64,000 nt of DNA from Antedon mediterranea (taxonomy: Eukaryota > Animalia > Echinodermata): the NCBI RefSeq assembly GCF_964355755.1, contig NC_092671.1, positions 26,424,070-26,488,069 on the forward strand. The letters run 5' to 3'. Shown piece after piece: positions 12,631 through 26,797 of this stretch. The notes beneath the pieces are model-generated. The model had not been told where the DNA came from and ran no database searches. It saw only the letters and a list, made by a program, of their open reading frames with translations. How positions within the stretch are numbered: the first letter of the stretch is position 1; each line of letters opens with the position of its first letter. Both the position numbers and the translations under genes were made by a program.

Positions 12631-13269
12631 TAATATAATTGAATGCTATGGGTCTTCACAAAAACCAATCAACCAATCTTAACAAAGGATCTGAATTAGT
12701 ATCTGAACTGAATGGGTCAATTATATAATTAAATGCATCAATTAATTGCAACACCAGTGCATTTTTAATTTTACAATGTTAGCAAATAACAATGACATTC
12801 ACCAAACTATGAAACAAAATTTGCTTGTAAGATAAAACAACTGTGCTGCACAATACAATTATTCCATAACCTTTGTTTTACCCTAACATGCCCCTGGACT
12901 CTCTCGCTGACCTAAATGTTTGATTTTTAGAAAGAATTAGAACTTGATAGGCTTAAAAAAAAATTTGTATATATCACCTAAAAATATTTGTTTATAAACT
13001 TTTGTCAAATTCTACATGACAAATTTGTATAAACATAGATTGGAAGATTCATCTTTTATCAGTAAACTCTGACCTGGAAAGATAATGATAAGGATGACAA
13101 ATGACTTCAATCAAGTTGAGCCCATTACTACAGTCCAAAGCCAGTCTGTCATCTGTGCCTTTCTTCTTGATCTATGGTCATATCTCTATTCTTTTACATA
13201 GCAAAACCTTAGACTAGAGAATGTGATTTACATTTAAGAATTAGATCATTATACAATAAATAATAGCAG

Positions 13270-13630
13270 CCGAGAGTCTGAAGAAAGACTTACATATTTA
13301 TAATATAAGAATATTGTAAAGGTGTGAAAGCTAGACGAGTTCAACTTGACAATTTCGTAGGGTGCGGCGTACCTTCAGGTAATAATGAGAGGATTACGTC
13401 CTGCCCCTTCTATGACGAAATGAATGCTATGTGAAAAAAAGTAAACATGACCTCGATCCAATCGCGCTTCCACCTAGAACTGCATTGTGGTATATACGGT
13501 AATGACGTCATTAATAATGAACGGACATCGAATGGAAACGGTTTTATTGGAGTAAAAATTAAGCTGCAACGCGATCTTTATTTATAAACAAAAAACCATT
13601 CTTTTTTTATTTTTCAATAGAAACATGCCC
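13270..13630 (+). mobile_element. Right-end fragment of a Harbinger-like element with a Myb/SANT (trihelix) coding remnant
   Basis: 13375-13434 translates SGNNERITSCPFYDEMNAM*, resembling the C-terminal SG...CPFYDE motif of trihelix domains. Ends in CAATAGAAACATGCCC, like the TIR at 31745. The left boundary is uncertain. Confidence 0.55.
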
Positions 13631-13650
13631 TATGCCTCAAATGATACTTA

Positions 13651-14084
13651 GATCCCATTTACACTTCATCGACAATTTATTAGCCGGCTCAAATTCGGCC
13701 CGATGCCGGCTTTCTTTTTAGCCCGCAATGCGTACACTTATCCAAAAATCCGGCCTCGTGCCCCTACTATTGTGTTTACACGGAAGAGTGCTCGATAATA
13801 CAACTTCGTCATATCTGCTCATGTGTGCCACCAACAGTTTAAAAAAGTTAATATTACTAAGCGTTGTCGATCTACACACTAGGCCTATCGAACTTTATCA
13901 AACAAGCATCAAATAACAGTATTTAATATGGATCAAAGCCTACCTCGAGCCTACTCTAGACTAGGATCAAAATTGCGCCGGCTGTAGGCCGGCTCGGTTG
14001 TTCCCAGAGTGTTTACCCTTGTACACTATTGTTGGCTCAGAGCCGGCTTCAGGCTTGCTAAAAGCTATAAGTGTAAATGGGGTC
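13651..14084. mobile_element. PIF/Harbinger-like MITE
   Basis: TTA TSD. TIR GATCCCATTTACACTT / AAGTGTAAATGGGGTC. GCCGGC subterminal motifs. Confidence 0.88.
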
Positions 14085-14795
14085 TTATACTTATAGTTTA
14101 TAAGCACGATAAATTAAGATATATTTTATCTATCCTGTAGTAACTCTCTAGAAAAAAATATAAAAAGATACAGTAATATTTACTTTCTAATTAAATTCCT
14201 TGGCCATTCCTTCTCTGGTAACTTTTAGTTTTACAAACAACCTCCAAAAACTAAATGTAAAATTGACCACTATGCATCGATCAAAAATGGCAAAATACTG
14301 CATGCAGCAAAAATAAACCTTTAGTTTTTACACTTTATACAAACACAGCATGCATCTAGTTATACGAATAATTCAAAATAATGATTATATTTATGACATG
14401 GAATTTAATTAAAGTCAATCATTTTGTTCTCTTAGATTTATTTATCAACCCCAAAAAAGGATATTTTAATCTTAATTTCTGTTAACCAAATTTGTATGGG
14501 AATCATGAAAAATATGGTTGCACAAAAATAATTTGTTTCTAGCATGTTCCTGTAATCTTGAAATATCTACTAAATGAACATGTGTTTTTGACATTAGTTT
14601 GTCTTAATTACACATTGAGTCTTAATTTTTGACTGATGAGCCTAATTGATTATCCAACTTGTCTACACACCTAACTGATGACACTTGCTTGAGGTTTCAT
14701 TAACCTAGAATATATTACAGCCTAGAGACTGCTAGTTTTTCTCTCTATAGGATTTTATCTTGTTTTTCATTGATTATAGTGTTTAATCAGGAAAC

Positions 14796-14807
14796 ATGCG
14801 GTTAAAG
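14796..14807 (+). CDS. Weak candidate alternative start exon (MRLK)
   Basis: Acceptor TTTTTCTCTCTATAG (14750), then ATG CGG TTA AAG|GTATGG, phase 0. Confidence 0.3.
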
Positions 14808-16936
14808 GTATGGACTTTTCAATATGTTTCAATAGTAATGAGAGAAATTTCGGTGAACATCTCATTCTCAGTTTGTAAGGAAGTTCAACAAATACTGATT
14901 TACCGGGCATTGTAGAGTTGCTTCAATATGTTTAGGGTTTAAATTGGGTACTAGATTGATTGATTGATTGATTTTGAGAATACTCAACTTATGTACAATT
15001 TTTTGGTTGGAGGGTAAAATCTGCTTCATTGCCTAAAATTTCATGGGCATGCTATATAATTTTTGTGGTGTTTCTAGCATTTAACACACAAGTACTGTAA
15101 GTGTTAGCAATACGCTGTGTGTACTGTTATATGATTATTGTTAGTTAGGTTTTTGTCGACAAATAACTAATTATTAACCTTGTAAATAAATTAACCCCAA
15201 TTTTTCAATACAATTTTAAATGGTAGCGTGAAAATAGCAGTTGTGTTTATGGGTTAGGTGTTTGTTGACAACCAACCACAAATTTTAACGGTTATTTGAG
15301 ATAATAAATTTAGCAGAAATATGGTTGGTCTAACAATTTTATTTTTTAATGAAACAATTTATTCATCAGTATGCAACAAAAACCGATCCATAGACAGATG
15401 ATCCCAATTTTATTAATATTAAATACTAATACAGTACTATGTTTTTAGTGCAACGCACTAGCAAACTATTAATTTGTGTCATTCAAGTTAAAGAAGGGTG
15501 AACTTTTAATACTTGAGAAATAATTAAGTGATAAAACCTGAAACAGATCTTTTTCTGAATGTAATATATTGTATTTTTGTAGTCCAGGTGGGAGGCGTAT
15601 GTGTATAGTCAGTTGCTGTTGGCAAAGTTGTTTTTGTTATGCTGACCTGAACTTGTGCCCCAACCAGAGGCTGCAAAAATCACATGAGATACTTCAGGGG
15701 AAAAACTAATTTATTGCTGTGCTTTGAGAGAAAATATGATACCTTGGCTCCTGAGGTATAGTAGTAACCAGGGTAGTGCAATATCTGATAGTGATAACAA
15801 ACTGATGATCTTTTTGTATGTTGCTTAATTTTAATAGATCATCTTCTTTTGTTCTGTGGTGACTTCACATCACAAATTGTTTCCGTTTTTGTATTGTAAT
15901 ATAACTCTGCAGATTTTTTTTTTTTCAATGAAATGTGATTAAGTTTTGGTTTCAGTATTATTACTGTAGAACTTTGGTGTATCAAATAAAATACACTTTT
16001 ATTAATGAATTGAATTTATTTGGCAACTAGAACAATAACATGAAGATTCACTATAAATTTAGATTGCGCATTAGATTTAAATATAAAATTCAAATTGAAG
16101 AGTAAAGTAGTTTTTTGTCAAGTATGCATTATGTTACTCTTTATAATTCCTACTATTTGGGAGCCTCGATTTGCAACGACCTAAGACCGACGACCAACCT
16201 AGGTCATGTTAATTGGTTTTTTTTTATACCATTTGATACATAGCAATAAATTGGTATAGTATTTATCCTGTAGTATTGGCAAGCTTTTAAAAAAAAATAA
16301 AAAATCAAGTTACAATCTATCAAAATTGTCTTGATTTTCTCCCCAATGGCAAATGAAATCTGCTAACATCTCCTTGAGCAATCCATTCATTGAATTCTTT
16401 ACCAAAAATAGACATTGCCCATCCAATTATTCACTATAGGAAATAAATAGAGGCAGTGAACTATGAAAATGAAACCTTATACCCAATAATTACTGAATAC
16501 CATATGTTTTACAATGTTGCTTTATTGCTGATAAAATGTAGTGGACATGTCTAAAATATATTTTTGTAAACCACCAGAAAAAATTTTTTTTTTAAATACA
16601 GTTTCTAAATACAAATTTATTGCTGAAAGGGTAGGCTGTTAATTTTCAATATATTATAACATTTTTCAAATTTAATATTAATTTTGTGTTCTTAATGATA
16701 AATATTAACAAAGTGGCAACATGATGAAATATGATATTAATAACATACTGTACACAGATGCACATTGCATTATTTAAACTGTAGTTCATATTATAATCCA
16801 TGTGTATACCGTAGTATACATTTTGTAACTTTTATGAAATGCAGATACATTTTTTTAACAACAGCATTTTACCCCAGTAGTTTGAAGATACAATCACTAA
16901 ATAGTTTAGTATGCATAAACCAATACAAAGATGGTA

Positions 16937-17094
16937 CAATCGGTCTACTCTATCTCAATACCAATTCTCTGAAAACCAGAAACTTCCTCAAAACCAGACA
17001 TTCCAAAGGTCCCAATTTGTTTGTACCATGATTAGACTTTTCAGAAAACCAGACATATTATGTCAGCCCTAGGGTGTTCATTATTGGGGAGAGA
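16937..17094. mobile_element. Decayed Tigger-like MITE
   Basis: Repeated AAAACCAGA(C/A)A motifs and a GGTCCC core typical of short pogo-family MITEs. Ends are degenerate. Confidence 0.35.
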
Positions 17095-17796
17095 AAATAA
17101 CGCATGTTTTAACTCCATTATTATTTGTATTTGAGAATAAAGATGTTCCAATGTTAATTATCAAACGAGTAAAATGAAACTTATCATTAGAACCCCAGCC
17201 TTACTGTAACTACACTATATGACACAGTTGCATATTTATTTTATTTTATTTTTTACTTTTCCAAGTGACCAAAGCGCTGTACAATTGATAATACTATTTT
17301 CTCAACTAATATGTTATGTTATCATAGGCCTCTACCCAGAGTTGATTAGTCAGACAGTCTCTTCACCTGAAATCCATCTCATTGTTTTGCTCATGTCCAT
17401 GATTGCAATATCACAATTTTTCCCCCGACAGCTGAGCATATTCCAAGCACAGCAACCCCTATATTTATGTCAAAGGTTAGGCCACTTCATTTTACGTGGG
17501 TTTATATAGGGTTTCACCAGTGCATAGAATTAGATTAGGTATGTCATACTGACCGCAGACATGTAGAAACTGTTTGTTACTAAATTTGATTTTTACTACT
17601 TGGTAAGTATTTATTGCTTTAATATTGTTTTACATTGTTCAAATCAATGATTCAGAATACAATAGTATTTACAATATACACAGATGCTGTATGCATCTAC
17701 TGTTTTACTTGTTTTTGGTGTAATTTTTACTGGTCTGTAGTCGGGGTTGACTTATTCTATTTTTCTGGAATGTAAACATGGTTAGTCTCTTTCTAA

Positions 17797-18083
17797 TGTT
17801 CAGATCCATGGAGTTATGCTTTCATATCGCAAGCAATGTCATCTTATAATTAGCGTCGTAACAATAAAAGTGTTTAGATTTTCTTAACTAACACTTTCGT
17901 TTTGTGTCAACGATTTAGCCGAATGAATGCAGGAGTAAATTTTATTGGTTAGAAGTCAAAATTGTTAATGCATGAATTTCATATTGTAAGCGTTGTCCAC
18001 TAATCTTGTACCTTGGCTTATACTAATCTTTTCCTGGTTCAGACATATGGAGTTGTACGATACGAAAGCATAACTTCGTTGGT
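17797..18083 (+). mobile_element. Internally deleted, older derivative of the Harbinger element at 26798-27794
   Basis: Shares TGTTCAGA...GGAGTTATGCTTTC, ACTAATCTTTTCCTGGTTCAGAC and TACGAAAGCATAACT blocks. Confidence 0.8.
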
Positions 18084-18145
18084 ATCTTCCTTGTGGCATT
18101 TCTGTTTCCTTGTTTGTTTGGTTATGGCATCATCCAGTAATCTAA

Positions 18146-18951
18146 GGCCCTGTTTCTGCTGCCAAATAAATACCGTATTTATACGGTATTTTTTTAATAC
18201 TGATACGGTATTTTTTTGGCAGCAGAAACGGCGCTCATAAAAAAAATACCGTATTTTGTATACCATATTTTCCCCACCAAATTTGTGGATAAAATCTGCT
18301 ATTTCAAATTTATACCGTATTTTCTGTAACCATTTCTGCTGCCATATTTTTTTTTACCTGCGACATGAGGTCAACATCGTGTTTTTATTTTCTGTCACTG
18401 TCAGCTGTTTTACACACGTGTATAGATATATTAGGTGAAAATGTCGAGCGAAGATGTCACAGTATTTATATAAATCTGTGTGGGGAGGAAGGGGGGAGGG
18501 GAAGCTAAAATGCCCAGGCCAACTAAAAGCTAATAAAAGGGACAACCACATTTATAAAGACTTTTCTAAAAAAAATAAAGCAGGAGTATGGAATAGACTC
18601 CAAAGCAAGTAAATTCAAAGCTGAAGAGCCTGCGAAAGCAGTACAACATTGCAAAAGACAATAACTCGGGGAGGGAACAAATTACTTGTCCACCATTTAT
18701 ACGATGTTATCTGTGCTCTCACAACATCTCTATCACTAGGGCTAGGCTGTTGAAAGTGAGGCGTAAAACTTCCTTTATTGCGACTTTTAATTATCAACCA
18801 AATAAATGAATGGCAATTTGGGTAAAAAGGGATGAATTTTAACATTACCACCCAAGAAGTATTGTTAGCAGAAACAGGGTACTAAAAAATATGGTATAAA
18901 AAATACCGTATTTTATAACATATTTTGAGCAGTTGCAGCAGAAACAGGCCC
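18146..18951 (+). mobile_element. PIF/Harbinger-like MITE, about 806 bp
   Basis: TAA TSD. TIR GGCCCTGTTTCTGCTGC / GCAGCAGAAACAGGCCC. Colinear, in reverse complement, with 29699-30526. Confidence 0.93.
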
Positions 18952-20320
18952 TAATTTAGTGTCCATACCATTTTATTTAGTTTTACTAAGTATAGTTTGA
19001 CCATTTTAATAATTGTTCATACTCTTGCTTGTTATCAGTTTTCTTTATTTTCCTAAATTAATTTTAATGATAATTTTTATATTGAGTCATAATTATTAAT
19101 ATCATAAGAAAAATTATGGTGACCTAGACTATAGGAAATGTATTTTCCCTCCAATTTTCTAACTTTAGAATTTATTAAGCCATCTGCTGGTTAAAAGAAA
19201 TATTAGGAAATTTAGATAACAAAAATCTGGAAACCAAGCTTTGAAATAAGGACGAAATATATTAATGACAGCATATTAATGGCGACCTATTAGAGCTTTG
19301 ACTCCGTAGGGCACTGGATTTGGTTGTCTGTTGGATGTATGATATACTACTGGTTAGTAGTAATTGTGTTGAAATTGATTAGCATCAAATTTTATTTGGT
19401 GCTTATTTTCATTGGTGGCAAAATATAAAATATTAATATTTTCATTCACAAGTTCTAGAGCTTTATTTTGAAGATTTAATAATCTTTTTTTTATAAATGA
19501 TTTTTCTAATCTGACTCTGAGATATTGCTTGTTTTTTTATGTTATAATAGGATCAAATCATGAAAATTAGGTAATTGGTTCAGACCGAAGTGAAGTTTTC
19601 ACATTTAACATTAAAATGTACATTGATTGTTGTAGATACATTTAGTGTTGTTTATTTGATTGATAAGTTGATTGATTGATTTAATAATCTATTTAAATGA
19701 TTGATCTACTAGCTGGTTTACAGATCAAAAAACAAATTAACCCTGTCAAGAAAGAGCAATAAGACCTTAAACTTCAATGTTTGTAATTCTTGATGACTTT
19801 GGTAATGTTAAGAGATAAATATTTTACCAATTTAATACTACAGATTTAACTTTCTTCTCACCTGAGTTTCATTTTGCTGGGCATTGACCCCAGGTAAGGA
19901 ATAGCAAGGCTACCTTATTCACCTTTATGGTATCTGAGACTGAAAATAACTTTGACCTTTATTATTTAAAATTTAAATGTAATTTTATCATGAATGTTCC
20001 TACAAATACAAAAATCCAATGTCAAAATTGAATAAAAGTCAGTTTTCAGTAGATATTAATTATTTAAACAAGAAATTGAAGAATGGTCTGGGGTATTGAT
20101 TCAAATTACAGTACGTTGGCCAAATAGCTCAAAGTATGATTATTAAATTAAAAATTGATGAGAGGTGTAACCAATATATTTGCAGTGTACATTTCTTTGG
20201 TATTACATTTACAAGCTTTCACACAGACTAGCATGACCAAATAGTATTTAGTGTACTATATGTGTTTACACATCCAAACATACTGAGTCTAACTGTAAGG
20301 CATTATTTTAAAAATCTCGA

Positions 20321-22199
20321 CCACCACCCTCTATAGTACAAAGCATACTGTAAAGATTACCACCACCCTCTATAGTACAAAGCATACTGTAAAGATTAGC
20401 AACACCCTCTATAGTACAAAGCATACTGTAAAGATTACCACCACCCTCTATAGTACAAAGCATACTGTAAAGATTAGCACCACCCTCTATAGTACAAAGC
20501 ATACTGTAAAGATTACCACCACCCTCTATAGTACAAAGCATACTGTAAAGATTAGCACCACCCTCTATAGTACAAAGCATACTGTAAAGATTACCACCAC
20601 CCTCTATAGTACAAAGCATACTGTAAAGATTACCACCACCCTCTATAGTACAAAGCATACTGTAAAGATTAGCACCACCCTCTATAGTACAAAGCATACT
20701 GTAAAGATTAGCACCACCCTCTATAGTACAAAGCATACTGTAAAGATTACCACCACCCTCTATAGTACAAAGCATACTGTAAAGATTAGCACCACCCTCT
20801 ATAGTACAAAGCATACTGTAAAGATTAGCACCACCCTCTATAGTACAAAGCATACTGTAAAGATTAGCACCACCCTCTATAGTACAAAGCATACTGTAAA
20901 GATTACCACCACCCTCTATAGTACAAAGCATACTGTAAAGATTACCACCACCCTCTATAGTACAAAGCATACTGTAAAGATTAGCACCACCCTCTATAGT
21001 ACAAAGCATACTGTAAAGATTAGCACCACCCTCTATAGTACAAAGCATACTGTAAAGATTACCACCACCCTCTATAGTACAAAGCATACTGTAAAGATTA
21101 GCACCACCCTCTATAGAGTACAAAGCATACTGTAAAGATTAGCACCACCCTCTATAGAGTACAAAGCATACTGTAAAGATTAGCACCACCCTCTAGAGTA
21201 CAAAGCATACTGTAAAGATTAGCACCACCCTCTATAGTACAAAGCATACTGTAAAGATTAGCACCACCCTCTATAGTACAAAGCATACTGTAAAGATTAG
21301 CACCACCCTCTATAGTACAAAGCATACTGTAAAGATTACCACCACCCTCTATAGTACAAAGCATACTGTAAAGATTACCACCACCCTCTATAGTACAAAG
21401 CATACTGTAAAGATTACCACCACCCTCTATAGTACAAAGCATACTGTAAAGATTAGCACCACCCTCTATAGTACAAAGCATACTGTAAAGATTACCACCA
21501 CCCTCTATAGTACAAAGCATACTGTACAGATTAGCACCACCCTCTATAGTACAAAGCATACTGTAAAGATTAGCACCACCCTCTATAGTACAAAGCATAC
21601 TGTAAAGATTAGCACCACCCTCTATAGTACAAAGCATACTGTAAAGATTACCACCACCCTCTATAGTACAAAGCATACTGTAAAGATTACCACCACCCTC
21701 TATAGTACAAAGCATACTGTAAAGATTACCACCACCCTCTATAGTACAAAGCATACTGTAAAGATTACCACCACCCTCTATAGTACAAAGCATACTGTAA
21801 AGATTACCACCACCCTCTATAGTACAAAGCATACTGTAAAGATTACCACCACCCTCTATAGTACAAAGCATACTGTAAAGATTACCACCACCCTCTATAG
21901 TACAAAGCATACTGTAAAGATTAGCACCACCCTCTATAGTACAAGGCATACTGTAAAGATTAGCACCACCCTCTATAGTACAAAGCATACTGTAAAGATT
22001 AGCACCACCCTCTATAGTACAAAGCATACTGTAAAGATTACCACCACCCTCTATAGTACAAACATACTGTAAAGATTAGCACCACCCTCTATAGTACAAA
22101 GCATACTGTAAAAATTAGCACCACCCTCTATAGAGTACAAAGCATACTGTAAAGATTAGCACCACCCTCTATAGTACAAAGCATACTGTAAAGATTAGC
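20321..22199. repeat. 39-bp minisatellite, about 48 copies
   Basis: Unit ACCACCCTCTATAGTACAAAGCATACTGTAAAGATTA(C/G)C with a few 1-2 nt indels. Confidence 0.98.
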
Positions 22200-22293
22200 T
22201 TTTTACATTTGCAACTTTATTGCATAACCTTTATAGAAAGTGGACGGTAGTGTCGCTAAAATCTGATAAACTTTGTAAATTATGCGGCATAGT

Positions 22294-22926
22294 GCATTGT
22301 GAATGCCCATTTACTGCACACATACGCCAACATTGCAATACATTGTCACAGCCTTGTGTGTTTATTGCATGTGAATGCCCATTTACTGCACACATACGCC
22401 AACATTGCAATACATTGTCACAGCCTTGTGTGTTTATTGCATTGTGAATGCCCATTTACTGCACACATACGCCAACATTGCAATACATTGTCACAGCCTT
22501 GTGTGTTTATTGCATTGTGAATGCCCATTTACTGCACACATACGCCAACATTGCAATACATTGTCACAGCCTTGTGTGTTTATTGCATTGTGAATGCCCA
22601 TTTACTGCACACATACGCCAACATTGCAATACATTGTCACAGCCTTGTGTGTTTATTGCATTGTGAATGCCCATTTACTGCACACATACGCCAACATTGC
22701 AATACATTGTCACAGCCTTGTGTGTTTATTGCATTGTGAATGCCCATTTACTGCACACATACGCCAACATTGCAATACATTGTCACAGCCTTGTGTGTTT
22801 ATTGCATTGTGAATGCCCATTTACTGCACACATACGCCAACATTGCAATACATTGTCACAGCCTTGTGTGTTTATTGCATTGTGAATGCCCATTTACTGC
22901 ACACATACGCCAACATTGCAATACAT
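22294..22926. repeat. 73-bp minisatellite, about 8.7 nearly identical copies
   Basis: Unit GCATTGTGAATGCCCATTTACTGCACACATACGCCAACATTGCAATACATTGTCACAGCCTTGTGTGTTTATT. Confidence 0.97.
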
Positions 22927-24103
22927 ACATACATTACAATTATGCCGATTTTCATCAGTGTCACCCACACATATTTTGCCTTTGTTTAACCAAACAGGTT
23001 TGGTAGTAGAGCCTTATTTATACTACATACTAATTATTTCAGTACTTTTGTACTTACTCAACAGTTTTAAGAATAAAATTTGGCACTAAATTCAAAATAT
23101 GAAATACCTCAAATTATTTAAGACATTGGATTTGTTAATCAATGACTGCTGATTAATTCATCCAATATTGAAACTTTTTACACAAATTTGTTGACAGCTG
23201 AATTACAATATAATTTAAACAACTTGGCTAAGTGTAGTAAAACTTGAACATAAATATCAAACTACTGTATGTAGCATAATATGTCCTTGACTAAATAAAA
23301 TTAATTTAATCTAATTAGTCTGAAGTTTTTTGACATTCTAAATGTGTCAAAAATGCAAGGAAAGAATATGATATTATAATAATACTTTTCAGCAACAATT
23401 ATGTTTTATCTTTCGGTGTTACACAATTTGCTCTATATTTTTTTTATCCAGTTAATTAATTTTTTTTTAATTTAACAAATTTTTAATTCAGGGTTGTTCT
23501 GTTTCTGCTATGTATAATCATTATTTAATTGAAACTAGTTTTAAAATTCAACCTTTGTCTTTAATTACAGTATGTTCAATAGATACTTTTGTATGGAACC
23601 ACCATTGTAATTGTACCCTGCATATTTGTTTTTAAATTTAAAATACAATGTCTGGCTCAGATGTATATTTGAGATATCAAATTTATTTGTTTTGACATAC
23701 TTGTCATGGTTTTTCTTTGTGTTGTTTCATGTTTCATAAACCAAAAATTTATAAAGAATACCCTATGAGCTTATCTGGTCACATGGCCAAGTTCATGTTA
23801 CAGCTAAGCCTTTTCTACAGTACATCTGTGAACGATCAAAGTGTCTCATGAAGTGAGTTGGAGCCCACATTGCACTTGTACCTCTGATCTGGCGTAACAT
23901 TTTAATAATATTAATACCAATAGAATGACATTTTATAGAGCAGAAGTTGTTTGTTGCACAAGGCTGGTATCCATCTTGACATTGGTACTGTTCTTTTGTC
24001 AGCCAGAGAATGTTAAAAATTAGTAATTATTCTCTAATGCATGACGTCCAATACTAGGATCAAATTCAAACTGATTGGACTACTGTAGGTTAAAGGTTTA
24101 AGA

Positions 24104-24133
24104 ATGTGGAATACATCAGCTCGCAGCATATGG
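24104..24133 (+). CDS. Candidate alternative first coding exon MWNTSARSIW
   Basis: ATG to TGG|GTAAGG, phase 0. TGACGT and CCAAT/ATTGG motifs lie 30-60 bp upstream. Confidence 0.45.
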
Positions 24134-25477
24134 GTAAGGTGCTTTTCATTGAATTTTATCCTGTATTTCTTGTTGAGATAGTGTTCTATACTGTTTTTAT
24201 TGGGAATTGTAAAATAAATGCCTAGCTAACTACTCTATTGTAATAGGGTTAGGCTTAGTTGAGTTGTAGTATGTTGTGTTATCTATTCCAGGAAAGGCTC
24301 CTAAAAAATATGATGATGCTTGTAAGTTATAGTATACACCACAAACAATGCATTTAATTTATAATTCTTTATGAATTATCCTCTTATTGATATTGAAAAT
24401 AGCAAGAGAGTGACACTTTTAACATCATTAAATTAGAGAGTAGTAGCAATTTTCAACAGGAAGAATTTGTCTAAGAACAAAATCCTATAAAACAACACTA
24501 TTGGATATTTCAATTGGGAGTAGAAAAAGTCATGCTGGTTAGTTTAATCAGGTGGAAGTCGGCATAGTAACCAGGCTACTATTTCTACCTTGCTGACAAG
24601 CAAAGTATTTTATAATCCTATTGAATCATTGTCAATGTCAGGTGACCTGTATTCCTATTTTCTGATTGGATAATAGAAAGTTTGTGATTTTGATTTATTT
24701 TCTCTAAAATTTATTGTAAATTCCAGTTTGATGACTTGTATATTGCTGGTTTTTAAAAACAAAGACTTTTTCTGTGATTAAAAAAAAAAGCAGAATAGTA
24801 CTTTCATTGTGTTCATCTTTGGATCTTATTTTGTGTTGATGTCACAGCAGTCAGTTCTCTTGTTTTTTGTTTGTTTTGGGAATTTAATACTAACAGTATC
24901 TTATACATTGGATTTATTATTGATACTTTGTATGTAGCTGAAATAGTGAATTTAATTTGTACTTTTGTGGATATCTTTACTTCTGCTGTTCCACATGATA
25001 AATGCAGAAAGTTGGAAAGACAGTTCTAGTTGTAAAACTTCTGACAAGTAAATGTACAGTATTTACTACTAGTTTCAGGATATGATTACCTAGAGCTTTA
25101 AGGAATGATCCAATATCCATAATTATTTGTCTTTGTCAGCTTTAGATATAATTTCACATTTTCATTGTGAGAAGCCAAGTGATTTTTGCTCGCAGAACAT
25201 TCAGCGCTGATTCGTATTTGCTTTAATTTGACATTTCAAGGAAAATAACTGCCAAGATTGTATCATATTCATCTGTTGAAACATATACTTAAGTATTCTT
25301 GTTATCTGGGTGATGATTTGACAGTCTTTAATACAGTCTTCCCCTATCCTAGTGATGATACATCTACAGTACTATATGTTATGAGTTCTGCTCCTTCAAG
25401 ATAGTCAACTGTTGTATAGTTGAGTTAGTCTCCTCGGCTATAATAGCCATTTTCATTCAGAGATTTGAGGCAATACC

Positions 25478-25504
25478 ATGTCACTACTATTTGGATGTTA
25501 TAAG
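25478..25504 (+). CDS. Candidate alternative first coding exon MSLLFGCYK
   Basis: Good start context (ACCATG) to AAG|GTATGT, phase 0. Confidence 0.5.
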
Positions 25505-26797
25505 GTATGTTAAATTAAAATGAAGTGTGTACTGTATGGTAAGAAATATCCGTATTAACAATTTGTTTTCTTACTAATACATTAGAAGTACTGTTTAAGT
25601 TTATTTTTAATATTCACTAGTTTTGTTCTCTTTTCTCTTATTTTTAATCAATCAAAATTAAAGTATTAAGATTAACCTTAGCTTAGGAATTTAACAGAAC
25701 AGTATTTAATATTGTTGATATCTTAAGACAGGTGACAATATCAAACTTGTATTTTAGATTTAATAAGTAATTTAAATGTTCAATTTCAAATTCCACTAAT
25801 GGATACTATCTGTATCATCTATAATCTTACCAAGAATTAGAGCCCTCTGGCCATGTCCAAGTTAAGAGGATTGAGTAACTATTGAGAAAGTTAATCTGAA
25901 TGACCATTCACTTGACCTTTACTGACCAACTGCTGGTTTGAGGTGTTTAAGAGTATTTACAGTACATACTGTGTTTGTTGATTGTAACAACTTTACAATT
26001 AACAATAAAAATAATATCATTTTTATTAAAATTATATTCTTGAATCTTTTCGTAATTTTTCCTATAGCGCTAAGCTTCTAGACTTCTTTCTTTTATCAAT
26101 GTCTGCCATCATTTCCCACCTTAATTCAATGTACATCTTATCTACAGTTTTTCATAAATTGGTTATTTAAATTAAATAGTTTTTTAATGAATAATTGATA
26201 ATAGTACTATCTGTATAATACTGTACTTTAATAGTGAAACAGAAGAATTTTGTTTTGGAAACCCACTGGAAATACTGACACAGTAATCTGGAAATATCTC
26301 CTATTTTGATGTTTGAAAAATAAATTATTAGAAAAATCACAGACTGGCAGTAATTTTTTTGGGCCTAATTTGGAATTATATTATGTGACTCACCCAGTTA
26401 CTATGCATACTATCAGTATCACCCATCAGCTACTCACCTTGTTCACCTTATGACTTTGGATGGAAATTGATGTATAAACAACCAGTTCATTATTTTAATA
26501 GTTCAGGAAGGAATTAAAGAATTGGTTCTGTGGTTTCTGTAAACATTCCAGAAGTAGTAATCTTACAATAAGCAGTTTGTGGATAATTTGCTTTCACTTG
26601 TGAACCTTTTAATCAAGCCTGTCCCTGTGTTAATGGTTTAATAATGCTTATGATATGCTACAGTACTGTACATTTGATAGTAACATCATGATCTAGTTGG
26701 ACTGCTCAGAGTCTGCTCAATCTAAATGAGAGTTCCTGATTGAAAAATACTAGGGGAAATAGACAGCCTGAAAACAAACTGGCTGGATTGAGAATTA

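Noticed and set aside
20308-22027. 271- and 291-aa minus-strand ORFs (MLCTIEGG(A/G)NLYS repeats)
   Set aside because: By-product of a 39-bp unit lacking a stop in one frame. Broken by indels, with no exon context.
22220-23089. Series of Cys/His-rich ~72-aa ORFs resembling zinc fingers
   Set aside because: Translations of a 73-bp repeat that is not a multiple of 3.
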